A stretch of 64,000 nucleotides of DNA from assembly GCA_052426225.1 (NCBI GenBank), contig JBNJNM010000012.1:186001-250000 (forward strand). Direction: 5' to 3'. The translations under genes were made by a program, and so were the position numbers. Shown one piece after another: positions 36,378 to 49,546 of the stretch (its first letter is position 1; every line of letters starts with the position of its first letter). The notes under the pieces were generated by a model, which was not told where the DNA came from, did no database searches, and worked only from the letters and a program-made list of their open reading frames with translations. Origin of the DNA: Zancudomyces culisetae HAW-14-8. Taxonomy: Eukaryota > Fungi > Kickxellomycota.

Positions 36378-37532
36378 GCCGGGGTTTCCCTCTGCACTAT
36401 ACGCCAGCCCTAATGAAGTCCGTCTCCAAATATCAACAGTATTCCATATATGCAAAGTTTAGTGCTGTACAGGCGCTAAAGCCTCTGCTTTGATCTGTGT
36501 CCAGTCTATTTTTTCATCTAGCTCCTTTTCTACTTTTCCTACTATTGCGCTATATATTTCATTATCATTTAATAAATTGCGAATGTGTTTGATTTATCGA
36601 ATACCGTTAGCTTTAAAATGGTTTTCAACAACTATCGATATAAACATGGCAAATTGAGCCTGAAAAATACTTCAAGTATAAATGCTTTACACTTCATCGC
36701 CTCTGATAATGTATGCTCCTAATTCGATAAACTCACAGCCTGTATCTTCACTGAATACCCGTTCATGTGTATTGTTAAGTATTAAATTGGTTGAACTATC
36801 AAACCCCACCAAAGTCCCCTATATTATTTTGCAAAAGTACGTAGCTTGTGTCAGTCGAGCTGTAAATATCCCATAAAACATTACAATCGAAACAAATAGA
36901 AATAATTGCTTTCATTTTAAAACTAGAATATCATCTTGAACTTACTACTATAACTCTTCCATCGTTTGTGACGACACCAACTTTGTCTAAATCATAAAAT
37001 CAAAATTTTAGAATCTCTTTAGCATTATTCGAAAAATATAATCATTTAGTACCGTTTAGAAAGCTGCTTAGATCCACCATTTTTCAGTTTATGACGTTGT
37101 CTCAACCTGTATTTGAAATAAGAATTTTGAAAAGGGCAAGGTAAATATAGCTTGATATTTTCAAAATTTCTTAAACCCCCTAAACTTTGAACACTTTTAA
37201 AGTCTGAAAAATTTCAATTCCGCAAAAATTATCTGAATAAACATAATAAAAAAATTTCATTTGAAGAAAATCCGGTATCCAAAGGGAAATGGTATTTGGT
37301 ATTGACGATCATGTGTTTCATGGCCAAGCTTTATAAACCTTCCCCTTATTATGATACAGCTGTCGTATTTGCTTAATAAAAAGGTGGACATGAGAATATA
37401 TCTGCTTCAAGTTGTGAGGGATAGTAACGCTATATGAAAAGAACTAAAGCCTGAAGTATAGTTTATTTTTGGCATGAACCGCTTAGATTTTTATTATCTG
37501 CAAACTCCAAAAAAAAAGCTAAAAAAAAAAAA

Positions 37533-38348
37533 CTACACCGCTTTTTTCTTACGATACGTTTTTTTGGAAAAATCTAAAAACATAACTGCTAAATAAACCA
37601 CATATGCTAGATTCACAGACGTGGCCATGACCTTATAAAAGTCGTTGCAATGCTCCATACAGTTCATGATAATACCAGCAGGGACTCCTGTAAAAAATTG
37701 AACAAGTTGCAGTCTTGTAATGTATTCTTTTCCGGACGGAGAAAACCCAATACTTGTGAGCGCATAATATGCATACATGATTGTGTGCACAAATGAGTTG
37801 AATACGACAAAAACAAATATCTGTGTGGGAATGAACAGGCATCCCAAATACATGCCCAGTACTGCCCCCGCGTGGTGGTATGTTTGGAGGGTTATCACGC
37901 GACGTCCCTTCATCAAGATAATTGCAGTATCTACAAATTCGTAGTATTTTGACAAGTAGAACAAGTATGTTATCTCAAGCATCCCACTGTTCCACGATAC
38001 GTTGTTTGGATCACACACACCCTCTGTTGTAAATACTTTATATACCAATGGTGCGGACTTCACAAATGTCCAAGCAGAGTACAAGCACAAGAATGTGTTG
38101 TGCAAGAAGATAAAGGCAGTAAGAGCACTATTCTGCTTAGCGACTTTTCCAATATCCTTGGTGCTTTTCTTGGCTTCGATTCTTGACACTGTTGATTTTT
38201 CCTTTGGTGGTTGCAACACATGAACAAGAATGACATAAGTAAAGATGATGGTCAGTACGTACTGAGGTTGCATTACGTACTTGGATAGAGACCCAAGGAT
38301 CATATCCTCAGGTACTACTGTTATTCCTGCTGGAGGCCACACCACCAT
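37533..38348 (-). CDS. GNS1/SUR4-family fatty acid elongase, paralog 2
   Basis: Same motifs as paralog 1. The first ~200 aa are nearly identical and the last ~70 aa are diverged. Ends KKAV (KKxx). Confidence 0.95.
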   Translation of the reverse strand: MVVWPPAGITVVPEDMILGSLSKYVMQPQYVLTIIFTYVILVHVLQPPKEKSTVSRIEAKKSTKDIGKVAKQNSALTAFIFLHNTFLCLYSAWTFVKSAPLVYKVFTTEGVCDPNNVSWNSGMLEITYLFYLSKYYEFVDTAIILMKGRRVITLQTYHHAGAVLGMYLGCLFIPTQIFVFVVFNSFVHTIMYAYYALTSIGFSPSGKEYITRLQLVQFFTGVPAGIIMNCMEHCNDFYKVMATSVNLAYVVYLAVMFLDFSKKTYRKKKAV

Positions 38349-38977
38349 TATTCCTTTTCTCGTTTATTTTTTTTCTCGTTATTGCTACGGACTTTTTGAA
38401 ATGACCTTGTTATTAGGTTGTTTTTCAAGGCCAACTTTAGTAGTTATAATATCCCAACTGGTGTTTTGTACTCTAGTTGCTAGAAGTTTTATAAAAAGCT
38501 ACAATGCTTACTTTTTGCGCCTTAAATGTTAATTTGGCTTTTACAATCTGTAATTAATTTAAACTGTTGATTGGGGCTTGATATTTAGGTTTCGGAAAAA
38601 AAACGAGAAAATTTTTTAATTAGATTACAAACACATTTGGAAATATACGAACACAATTTCAGAGCTTTCATTGTTTTGCCTAGCCTTTGAAAAATTCACA
38701 TTGGTACCCCATTTACGACATGGGCTTGGATATTCCGAAAAACGAAATTAATTATTCCGCGCCAAATATCACAATCATTTTTTTTTTATAGCAAATAGCA
38801 TGAAAGTAAAATTCTTCAAGTAGCTGTATCGGAAGCTAATTTGCGTAAATCCACGCATCAAAGGCCAAATAATAAAAACGTTTCAATGTCCATCGATAAC
38901 TCATAACAGCATTTGATAAGTAGAAAGAACAACCCTCCTATAACCCTAGCAACTGCCTTAACGCAAAATAAGGCCAA

Positions 38978-38982
<5 letters not shown>

Positions 38983-39009
<27 letters not shown>
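38983..39009. repeat. (AT)n microsatellite in the upstream region of elongase 2
   Basis: About 13 AT units seen directly. Confidence 0.9.
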
Positions 39010-39244
39010 CTATGTACCATGTTGATCCTGTTGAGGTATCTTTGTTCATATAATATTTGGATGTATCCTTCAAATAATTAGAAAGCACACAGATAAGCCA
39101 GCTAGCACTGAGATTATTTTTTTTTTGCTTGTGAACGCAGTTGGTTTTATTGCTTTACCACATCAGCTCAAAACAGAAAAATTCTTTTCACAGGAAATTC
39201 AAAATGATTGCGATCTGGTTAGCAACCAATAAGAAGCAAAGTTG

Positions 39245-39541
39245 AAATTACAAATACACAAATACACAAATACACAAATACACATCTATCACATTCCGGG
39301 TGCTCGCTTTAGCCCTGATTTCCATCATGTATTCATATTACAGTCTCATCCCAACACCTGATCATGGCTATGATCTCGATCCATACGCTCAGTTTGAACT
39401 TTTCAATACCTCCTAACTTTTGTGTCATACACAGCAGAAGCTCTATTTGATAGTGATTGTATGATTCATAAGCACTTTTATTACGACTAAGAGAGTGGTG
39501 CTACCTTGTGGTTCCAAATACAATTCCTTCATGTATAAAAA
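39245..39541 (-). repeat. Non-coding repeat R, copy 2 (inverted)
   Basis: Reverse complement of 24091-24371 with two extra octamer units (16 bp). Confidence 0.95.
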
Positions 39542-39732
39542 TGTGAAGATATTCGCACTCTAAAGGAGAAACTCTTGTCAAAAAATTATTGCCATTAATA
39601 TAGGTTGTGGATGGCAGTAGCTATTTGTATCATTACAACTTTTTTTGTGGGGATTCGATGACTATTATGTTTAAATACCTAACTAATAGCCAAAAATAAG
39701 AATTAAAAAAAAAATCAAAAAACACTATTAAT

Positions 39733-42297
39733 CTAGAGTGTAAAGTTACGAATATCCATCTGTGATTTTGAAAGAATAGCAGCAAAATCACTCTCTAAGA
39801 CGTCGAAAAATTCGTTAAATGAAGCAGGCTGTGTTTTTGAAGATATTGTATTATTGATAGTAGAGAGAGTACTACTGATGTTGATGGTACTATTACTGGT
39901 GTTCTTAGTCGTATGGGATCCGCCGGTATTAGCCTCAGTAATGGCATCTTCGTTAATATTAATTCTAAGGTTCATACTGTCTTCTGTGTTGGTGGGCGCG
40001 ATATAGCTATTGCTCTGATTAGTACTTTCATTTATGGTGTCAATAGAAACATTACTTGTTTCATTAATATCATTTGTATTTAAGGCACTGGCAGCATTTT
40101 TTAGGGTCTCTGCCTGGGTGTCCTCTAATAATGATGTAGTGCTGCCAGCACCAGCATCAATAAAAATACCAGTACCAGTATCAGCACCAGCACCAGCATC
40201 AACACCAGCATCAACACCGGCATCAACACCGGCATCAACACCATCATCGTCATCTGATAGCGTCAAGTCTACAACATCGATGCTTTTTTTGGAGGGCGTT
40301 TTAGTAATGCTATTGGCAGTGGTTTCATGAGGTGATGTTTGTGGCACTGCACCACCGTTGCTAGTAGTGGCTGTAGTGGTACTAGTGGGATTTGGCGAGT
40401 AGACATTGGAAACAGGAGGACGGGATGAAGGTGAAGTCAGTGAATCCCCTGAAACTGTACAAGATACAGTATCAGACATACACGAAGCTTCAGCCTTGAG
40501 ATTTGTGCCACTACTGGTACTGTTTATACCGCCACTTTCTATTTTATCCATAGTGGGACTGTGAAGGTCTGTACCAGGTTTGTTAATTATGTTGCCATTT
40601 GGACAAGTATATACAAAATCAACATCAGTTGGCGACTGATTCAGTAAATCCTCAAAGTAAGAGTCAATGTACAAGTCGCTCCAGTCTTTGTAGTATACAT
40701 TACAAACAGGACATTGCCATGTCATGTATGCTTGATTCGAATCTAAAAATGAAAGAGCATCAAAACACTGCAAATGGCTACATTGTTTAAACCTGACTGG
40801 ATCCTTAATTCTAATCATTCCAATAGGACATCTTAACGACAGTTTTACGTTCAGCGGGATAAGCTCATCTTCATTTGCTTTATCTTTCAGGCGCGCAAGA
40901 ACAAATTCCTTTGTCATCACCCGTGTCTGCTTCAGTTTCTCCAGTAAATCTGTAATGGGAACCGTTCGTACCAAATTCACTCCTGCTACTGTATCCTTAA
41001 CCTTATCCCTGTAAAACATATCTAGTTTGATAATGCTCCTATTTGCATCTATAAATTGTGTAATGTCTATGGGTAGCAACTGTGCATGCTTATATTTTTT
41101 AACTGATAGCTTTAAAACTTCTCCGTTTATTCTTATTTCAAACTCCTCGGGGTATGATATTTTGGCCCCCTCGTCACCAGGCAAATACGACCTGTTCACA
41201 CAACTAAGGTTTGATGTAAATATCTTGATTTTGTATTCGTGCTGTGTATCCCTCAGTTTTTCTGCAATCTCGGCAATATTAACAAACCAGGAAACAGTTT
41301 TTGGCTGGTCTCTCGTCACTATATATTTTTAAACAAGATGAATCGGTATAATTGGGATTTAAAAGTTATATACATATATAATATTACAAGCATTTCGCCC
41401 ATTTGTAAATGTTAAATCCAAATAAAAAAGAATACAAAAAAAAATTCAGAGATTTACTGTATAATGCTTGGTAGATTCCGATGTGTTTCTCGATCGTAAA
41501 AAATGGGATTTCAGCAAACTTTATATTTTTAAACCTTTCAAACACTCCCGTTTCTCTACCTCCCACAATACCAGTACTACTACTTGGATTTCGCATGCTG
41601 GTATCACCAGCACCGCCGCCAAAATTCTGATACATTAGTTGCTGCTGCTTGTAAATTTCATTCGTGGAGCTAATACTTTGATTATTTACATTATTACTAT
41701 TGGGCGTGTTTCTGTAGGAGTTGGGCTGGGGATAGTTGCGGCTGGTATTGGTAATACTATTGTAACCATCGTTGCCTCTTTGTATATCGCTCGCACAAAA
41801 ATAGAAATTACCAGTTCCTTGCTGCAAAGGAATGTAATTTACGAGATATTCATTGTTATCCCGCCACATAAAGTGGGTATAAGGATTGTTTTTGGTAATT
41901 ACCAAAGCACGCAGCGAAAACATAAATGAAAGCAAACGAGAGTAATCTTCGAAAGTTCGAAGGTTATAAATGTATTTGATTATATTGTACAAGTCCACAA
42001 TTATGTTTTCCCTCCTGTCTTGCCCCGTGCACCCATGTTGGATAATCTTTTCCTTAACGAGAAATTTCATAATCGATTTTAACTCGCCAATTTTGAAATG
42101 TTCTAATTCGATCTAGTTTATTTTATCATGTTTTATTTTATGTTGCAAAACAAATGTAAGACTCAATCACTCGAATCTGTTTAAAAATTTCAAATTTTTA
42201 GTGGAATTCGAGGTTATATAACAAGTCAATATGCGTTCGAGATATCAGTTTTTGGACTACCTACCCGATCGATGAAGGCCACCCTTTTTTCGCTCAT
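39733..42297 (-). CDS. SIZ1: SIZ/PIAS-type SUMO E3 ligase, 3 exons: 42297-42265, 42112-41458, 41318-39733
   Basis: SP-RING LSLRCPIGMIRIKDPVRFKQCSHLQCFDA...WQCPVC, PINIT-like ISYPEEFEIRING/PIDITQFI, SIM IDVVDLTLSDDDD, SAP-like FKIGELKSIMKFL. Splice phases are consistent. Confidence 0.9.
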
Positions 42298-43108
42298 TTT
42301 GGTGAGTGTTATTCCCGTCGTGATTATTTTTATACTTTTGTTATAAATGATTTATAAGAATCAACATTATTTTGCATCCCTGACCCTAATCGGAAGTGTA
42401 ATGAAGAAAGAGATATAAATAATTTTCTTTGCCTATATACCTACAATATCTCGCAAACAAAACACGAGCATTTACGAAATGCCCTTTAAACAGTGAAATT
42501 TTTTATACAGATTCCAACTCTACGATTTAGCGTGAAATTACATAAATAACAAGCGCAAATTATTATGAGGAATTGGTGGAAATAAAAATATGACCCTTAG
42601 ATTTCTCTCCTTCAGTCTGTTGTGGAGAATTTTCAATGTACATGAAAATATTGTACCATCTATACAAGTTTCTAGTCATTATGTTGATGTAGACATACAT
42701 ATGATTTTTGAATACTAGGGGCTTGAGCAATTCTATGATGAATGTTGAGTATTTTTATATTGATATGCACTGAGTAAAACTTGTTATTCTCGAAAGTATT
42801 CATATGTAGGTTGAAGTCTATATTTATTAGGTACAAGAGTTATACATTAGCCCTGATATGCACCTGCTACTATGATTCATTTTCTCAAACTATGATTCTA
42901 CAAAGAATAAAAGTAAAAAAAATGAAATCCAAACAAAACGAAAGAAAAAGAAAGGAAAAGAAAGAAAAAAAGAAAACCAATCCTTGCGTTTGTCTAAGTT
43001 TTTTTGTTGTCAATTATTATTGCAGAATTATCAGGAACCAACAGAAAAAAAAGGGGGTGATGCGAATGTCAAGATACCAAAAAAAATATTATATAGAAAA
43101 AAAAGCAA

Positions 43109-44879
43109 TCAGGCAAGGTCTTTGGCTTTATACAAAGTAATGTATGCAGTATGCCAGTCTCCGCCACCTTCTAGCTTCTTAATATCATTCTCAGAAACAA
43201 TGGATACATTGTTGTCATCAAATTTGTACCACCAGTGAGAAGTGCCACTAGGAGGGCTGGCGCCTTGAATTTGGTTCGATCCAGTTACGGGATCGTTCTC
43301 ATGTCGGACCCATGCAATGTAGTGTCCGGAGTTTGCGTTTCTTCCTATGTGGGTCAATACAGCAACAAGCTCATAGAATCCAGAGGGATTGCAGCCGATG
43401 TCGGATTTCAGTGATGGGTGGATTAATGCATTACAGTCAGTTGTGGATGCAGATGTGAGGCCAGGAGATCCTGATCGAGATGGCGGAGTGTCTACACGCT
43501 CTCGTTGGATGTTAAGCTGTCGATCGTTCTCCTTTTGAATCTCGAGCCTTGCACGTTTTTTCTGGGTCTCCTCTTCTACAGCAGCGTTTTTAAAATAGGA
43601 ACGCAATGGAGCCATTTTCTCCATCAGATCGGATGTTACAAATTCACCAAGATCGAGCTCAGTTGGGAATACAACTCGCTTGACAACTTTTGCTTCTACT
43701 GACTCCTTGGTCTTCCAGAAAAATCTGAGATAATTTACTGTTAAATACTTGGGTAATCTGGAGATCTGTGAACTTGCAATATACTCTACATCCTTGTTTA
43801 AGGTCTCTGAATGCTTTTCGATTGTTTGGTTTAAGCTAAGCTTCAGTCCTTGTTGTAAATACAGGACAGATTTGTCTATCCTACAGTCCAACTTTCTAAA
43901 AGCATCGACCTTTGTTGTTTCCATTTCGTCCGGTGCTTCTTTACACTTGTAGGTTGTGACCATCTCTCCGCCAAAATAACTGTCAATCAAATTCTTACTA
44001 CCTCCTTCAACTTTAAGCTGTGCTGCTAACGTATTCATTATTACGTTCCAACATTCCTCCGCATCCTGTTGTTTATAAGCCATCCCAGACTGTTCCCTCT
44101 CTGCGAACTGTGGATACAATGCTTGCAAACTCGACAGTAACTTCACTGGACTTATAGCTTCCTGGTCCGTCGTATCCATGCTACTAAAGACTTGTTTTAC
44201 TGACTCCAAAAGGTTCTTTTGCAATTTGTCTGAGGGATTTGTTGTTGCTGTTGAAATTTGTGCTGTTTGTGGCTTGCTTATCGCCTCTTTCAGTTCCTTT
44301 GATGCTTTCATACACTGAAGCGTAGCGTTAAAGTAGCATGTATTTCCCAGATTTACCAAACCTACAGGAATATTTAGCGCCTTGTTGATTTCTTCAGTTG
44401 ACATGTCTTCATAGAATTTCGTAGGAACTGGCGGCGGCGATGGGATTTTAGTGGTTGAGCCCATCATCTATAGGTATATTCAAATATTAGTGCTTTGAAC
44501 CAAATATCTACTGCTTTCGGAGAAAAAACAGCAATAATTTATAAAAAGAGAGTAAAAAATATTGTGCTGTTGGATTTACCATCAAGATCTGATTTGGCGT
44601 TAGCTTAAAAATGGCCAAAGGGTCCTCGTCTTTTATCTGTTTACCCTTGACTAAGATTTTCTGGCGTTCCGGTTCGACCCCTGTAAGTGAGTACAACATT
44701 GCTTTGAGAACTTCTCCCTTTTGTGTTGTATCTACATCTACCTCGTACTTTTTTCCTTGCCATTTTACTATAACTATTTACAAGTTGTTTATATTTACAT
44801 TGTTTAGTACATGCTATTGCTATTATCAGTATAGAAAATGTTGTGGATTCAATCCTTTATTACCTTTAATTTCCTCCAT
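43109..44879 (-). CDS. UBP6: Proteasome-associated deubiquitinase Ubp6/USP14, 3 exons: 44879-44864, 44773-44580, 44467-43109
   Basis: UBL domain (VKWQGKKY...YSLTGVEPERQKILVKG), Cys box GLVNLGNTCYFNATLQC, QQDAEE, His box SGHYIAW, end GGGDWHTAY. Confidence 0.96.
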
Positions 44880-45245
44880 CCTTTTAACTATTTATTTTGC
44901 GTTCTCTTTGTATTCTTTGGAATTGAAATAGGTGTTTGCGTAATAAAATAAACATGGCTTTATATTCAAATGTCAAGTCAGAATAAATACGCTACGCCAA
45001 AATTTATTGGACTTTCCCAAACTGGAAATTTAGAAAAACGAATCGCAACCCAAAAAGAGCAGCAATTATGCTGGTTATTGGTGCAATGCCAATTTCAAAT
45101 GACTGAAATTAAAGGAAAAAAGCAGTTGAAATATATTTTCAGAACCATGACCACCTATTGTGGTATTGTTGTTAGCTATACAGTTATTGACAAAAATACA
45201 CATTCTCAGTTATTGATAGGTTTAATACACCCAAGCGCCAACAAC

Positions 45246-48200
45246 TTATACTTCATCTAACAAAGCAAACGAAACATAATTTCCGCTTGAAAAATCCACA
45301 ACACAAACTCTAATGGTCTTTTCGTGTACGCTACAACAGGAGGTACCGCCATGGATATCGCTGCTTGTACATATTCTAATATCTGAGTCGGTCTTGAATA
45401 GATCCAGTCTACTTGCCAACCTAACATTGAGGGCCTCAAAGTCCTAATAAAATAAATTTGTTGATTATTATACATCGCCCGTTAAAAAATGATATAGTAA
45501 CCCACCACAACATACCTTTAGTTTTGATAATGTTGACGATAGATTATGCACATCAGAATCGACAGTACCACCATTCGAGATACAATGTTCCGATGTTTTA
45601 GCAAGATCCAAGATATCAATCGAAACCAACCAGCAGCAATCATCACCTATAAAGCACAGTACAAAGAAATAAAAGAATAAATAAATATGACACTCATTCT
45701 AGCAAGTAAAACGAGTGTTCAGGGTTTTATATGATTTGGGCTATTTGCATTGTACACTAAGCCTATTTATTTTTCCATTTCCATCTTTGTAGACTCTTTA
45801 AATGTTTACCTTGTATCTTCAACAACCCCAATAGGTAAACTGCGCCTGCCCTCTCAATTAGGGTAAATGCCTTCAGCCCTAAGTTTTCAAGAGGCAAAAA
45901 CAGTTGCGAACTGATAGCCGGCAAAGTGTCAGCCCTTTTTTTTCTTCCACAGTTTTCACCATTCAACAACAATACTACTGGGTTATACGGCCCGCCTTTT
46001 ACCCCGGTGTTATTACTCTGTAGCGGTGTTATTGATAACAAGTTGAAGTTGCGAGATGCATTATTTGTACTTGCTAAAGTATCATTACATTGGTCGATAT
46101 TTTTGTACGTCTCGCAGCATACCATGTAAACTGAGTCAGCTAAAGACTCTAACGAAGCTGCAACTTCATTTTTATCCTGTATTTTTCGCGAAATAACGAA
46201 ATCACAACCTAGATCATCAGATACCGCTCCAATATGAAAAGCAGATAGGTTTGTTTTGGAATCGAGATTTGTACAGGGATGATGGCTTTGTAAAAGGTTT
46301 CCACAAAGTACAATCTCTTTGAGCTCTGGGACAGACTTAAATAAAAATTCATTGAGCCTGTTACCTAGATAGTCCAGTGATTCGTCCTGTGATGGTACCA
46401 TCAATAGTTTTTTAATGTCATCAGGTTCGCTATCCTCGGTTATACCTGGATTTGATCTCACCAGTGAATTTAATGCCGATACTAGAACAGCCTTACTATG
46501 AAATTGAGCTTTTGGGAGTACTTCCTCTAGAATAAGTGCACTATTTCCGATACGAGTATGTAAGCCTGCGTTTCTGGCAGCTTGAATATACTCATGCATA
46601 TCACCCTGTTGAGCTAACTGTTGAAAGTACAACTTTACAAATTCTACTCGAAACCGCTGTCGATCATCCGTTGAGCTCATTTGCATGTCAAAATTTTGCT
46701 CAGTTTCGTCTGCAATTGTAAAAAAGTGTTTGATGAGAAGGTTTGTGTCAGATTCATTAGCCGCATCATAAAATCCTGCTATAAGCTCATCAAAAACGCT
46801 CATATTTCGGTCAGATTGCCTTTTTTTGCTTTTAGTTTTGTCTACATCCGTGTATTTTGGTGTGTACAGTAATTTTTTAATGATTTTTCCTAATACGGAT
46901 CGATTTATTGTCGGAAGTTCGGGTCTATCCCTTAGAAACGTACCATCGTTGCCTGGTTCGTACGAATTTTGCCACTCAAGCTCCTTTTTGACATATATCA
47001 AGTACTCATACATAGTTTTATACTCTCTGTACCTGGTGTTCAAATTTTCTATTAACCACTCGTACCGTTCGTACAGCCAAATCAGTGTGCTTTGAATTGT
47101 TTTACAGTCTTCTTGGTGATTTCTACAACAAAATGGTAAATGACATCAGTACTTGCAGCTATAAGTTCTTGTGTAGCACAGCCAATATGTACGCTTACAT
47201 ATTTCCTATATAAACATCGCCTCCTATCCATAGCACGTTTAAAACACTCTAGTTTCTATTAAACAACTTTATAACACTCACTCGGTACGATCATTTAAAG
47301 ATCCGGTTACATCCACAAGCAACTCTTCCAATGTACGTTGGATATCAGTAATTACTGTCTTTACAAGTGTCTCACTAATAAAGCTCATTTCCCCCATACT
47401 TGTTTTAATTTCCTATATTTGATATCAAAAACATCGATACGTGTTAATATGCTCAAGTACATAATACCCCATCAACTTATCTTGCATTTCTTCTTGTGCA
47501 AGAAAAAAAATTGTGTAGAGTTCATAAACCTAAAAGTGAGTAACATTTGGTGCTTACGTTTTCCTGAAACTTTGACAAAAAAAACGAAATGGTAGCCTCA
47601 CTTGATTTCCCAGTCACCACCATCCTAATCAACTCGGAATACATGCTAAGCGTGTTTTCTAATCCATTATCAATCATAACATGCAAAAACAACTCATTAA
47701 CCCTCCTCAGTTTCAGAGTTTCGTCTTCAAACAGTTTATACAGTTCATGACATTTTTGTATTCCAAGCTTCAATCGATAAAAGCGCTCAAGAATCCTTGA
47801 ACTTTTAGCTGTTTTTAAATGGAGCTTCCCAACCGCTTTAGCTATCTCTGTCTCACATTTATAAAGACACAACATGCTATTTTTTGAACCAACCTTTTTA
47901 TGTTCTTCCCTATAAGTCATTGATCCAACTTGCAGCTTTTTTTCAAATTCAAGCAGATCTTGATCTTGTGCATGATTCTGTACTAACGCTTTGATATACA
48001 ACGTTCTGAGGCAAGACCCTGGCTTAACATCCAAAATTCTGACACTTTCAGCTCTGCCTACCATTTCACTCCCCAGTTTTATTTTTGCAACTTTCAACTT
48101 GTAACACCCATCAATATATACGTGTATATTTCCCTTTGTAGTTAGAAATATTAACGCATCGGTTTCATTACCCTTTTCGATATCCTTTGTCACCATACCA

Positions 48201-48751
48201 CCCTTCATTAACTCCTTTGGTTTACCACACAGGTTTACCCATTTCATACTAAAATCTGCGACTAACTCCACGCAAGGTGCCTTAGTACGACCGGATTGCT
48301 CCTCATTCTTTTCTACACATAGATCAAGCTGTCCTTTTACATTTCCTTGCTGGAATTCAAGTATTTCGCAGTATAATTGGTTATTGATTATTGCCAGCTC
48401 TCGCCCGTTTGGTCTCCAGCAGATTCCAATTATTTTGTTTTCGTGCGACCTATCATCTATCTTACTGAGACCACGCTTTTGGGAAAAACAAGTGTGCGTC
48501 CACATTACTCTGTTATCTTTTGATCTAATAACCTTGACGTGTCTGTGGTTTATTAACACTGCTATTAATTCGTACACAGGATTCAGTACGATTTTGATTC
48601 CACTGTCCTTTCCAGGAAAATCTTCGCCTTTCAATCTTTCTGTTAATGACCAAAGTCTCCCATTGAAAACTACACTTTCTAAATCGCTCCCTGCACTACC
48701 ATGCTTAATTCTAAATCCTGGAATTGATTTTCCATTTACTTTTAGTACCAT
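45246..48751 (-). CDS. APC4: Anaphase-promoting complex subunit 4 (multi-exon; includes ORFs 47522-48751 and 45763-47043; internal exon boundaries not all resolved)
   Basis: LNPVYELIAV...WRPNGRELAI (ANAPC4 WD40-like) and ELIRMVVTGKSSEATISFF (APC4 long-domain-like). Donor at 47557. Further GT-AG exons lie near 45650-45520 and 45440-45246. Confidence 0.72.
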
Positions 48752-49467
48752 CTCAGTTTGATCTGATTTTTCTTAAAATATAAAACTCAACAAATGTTTT
48801 GAATCGGATAGCCTTCGTGAATGATTATTCTTTTGTTTCGAACAAGTGTATGATGTATTGGCTACTTTGAGGTATATTTAGGCTTTAAGATTATAAGAAA
48901 ATCGGTTGTTACCAGCAACAGCATCCAAAAATAATATTACAATGGGTTTTCCAAAAATTGATCAATATGGTTGCACCAATTTGCATCAAGTCTAAAAAAA
49001 TACAACCTATTGGCTACTTCTGTTTACTTTAAAGGAGGTGCTAATCAACGTATAAAAGATATTAGCTGGTTGTACTGTAGCTACTCAGGAATTGCAACAT
49101 AACTAGCTGTGGTTGTGTAACAATTGAAAGAATAGAAAATGATTCCCATACCAACATGTGCCTGCAGTCCAGGCGTTTGATGGGGTTGTATGTTGCAATA
49201 TTAGAGCCACTTCCATCTTTAAATATTTATATTTTAAGACAAGCTTACCCTCGGTTTGAACTTTTTATTTATTAAATAAGCTGAAGCAACAGTTAAACCA
49301 CAATGGTGTAAAGATCACTGCATTCACTTAAATATTGGATTATAAAAACAGATGAATAAATGCGAATAAAACGCTGCATATATAATTTTAGTAAATAATT
49401 AAAGCATATAATCTGACCCACCATGTGGTTGTAAAATATGTCCAACTATGTGAATATACGAACCCTC

Positions 49468-49538
49468 TCCTCCTCCTCCTCCTCCTCCTCCTCCTCCTCC
49501 TACTACTACTACTACTACTACTACTATTACTACTACTA
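49468..49538. repeat. Compound microsatellite (TCC)11(TAC)~12
   Basis: Seen directly, ~8 bp downstream of the helicase stop codon. Confidence 0.95.
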
Positions 49539-49546
49539 GAGTGATA

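Noticed and set aside
40180-40246. 12-bp tandem repeat encoding DAGV units in SIZ1
   Set aside because: Ordinary coding minisatellite in a disordered tail.
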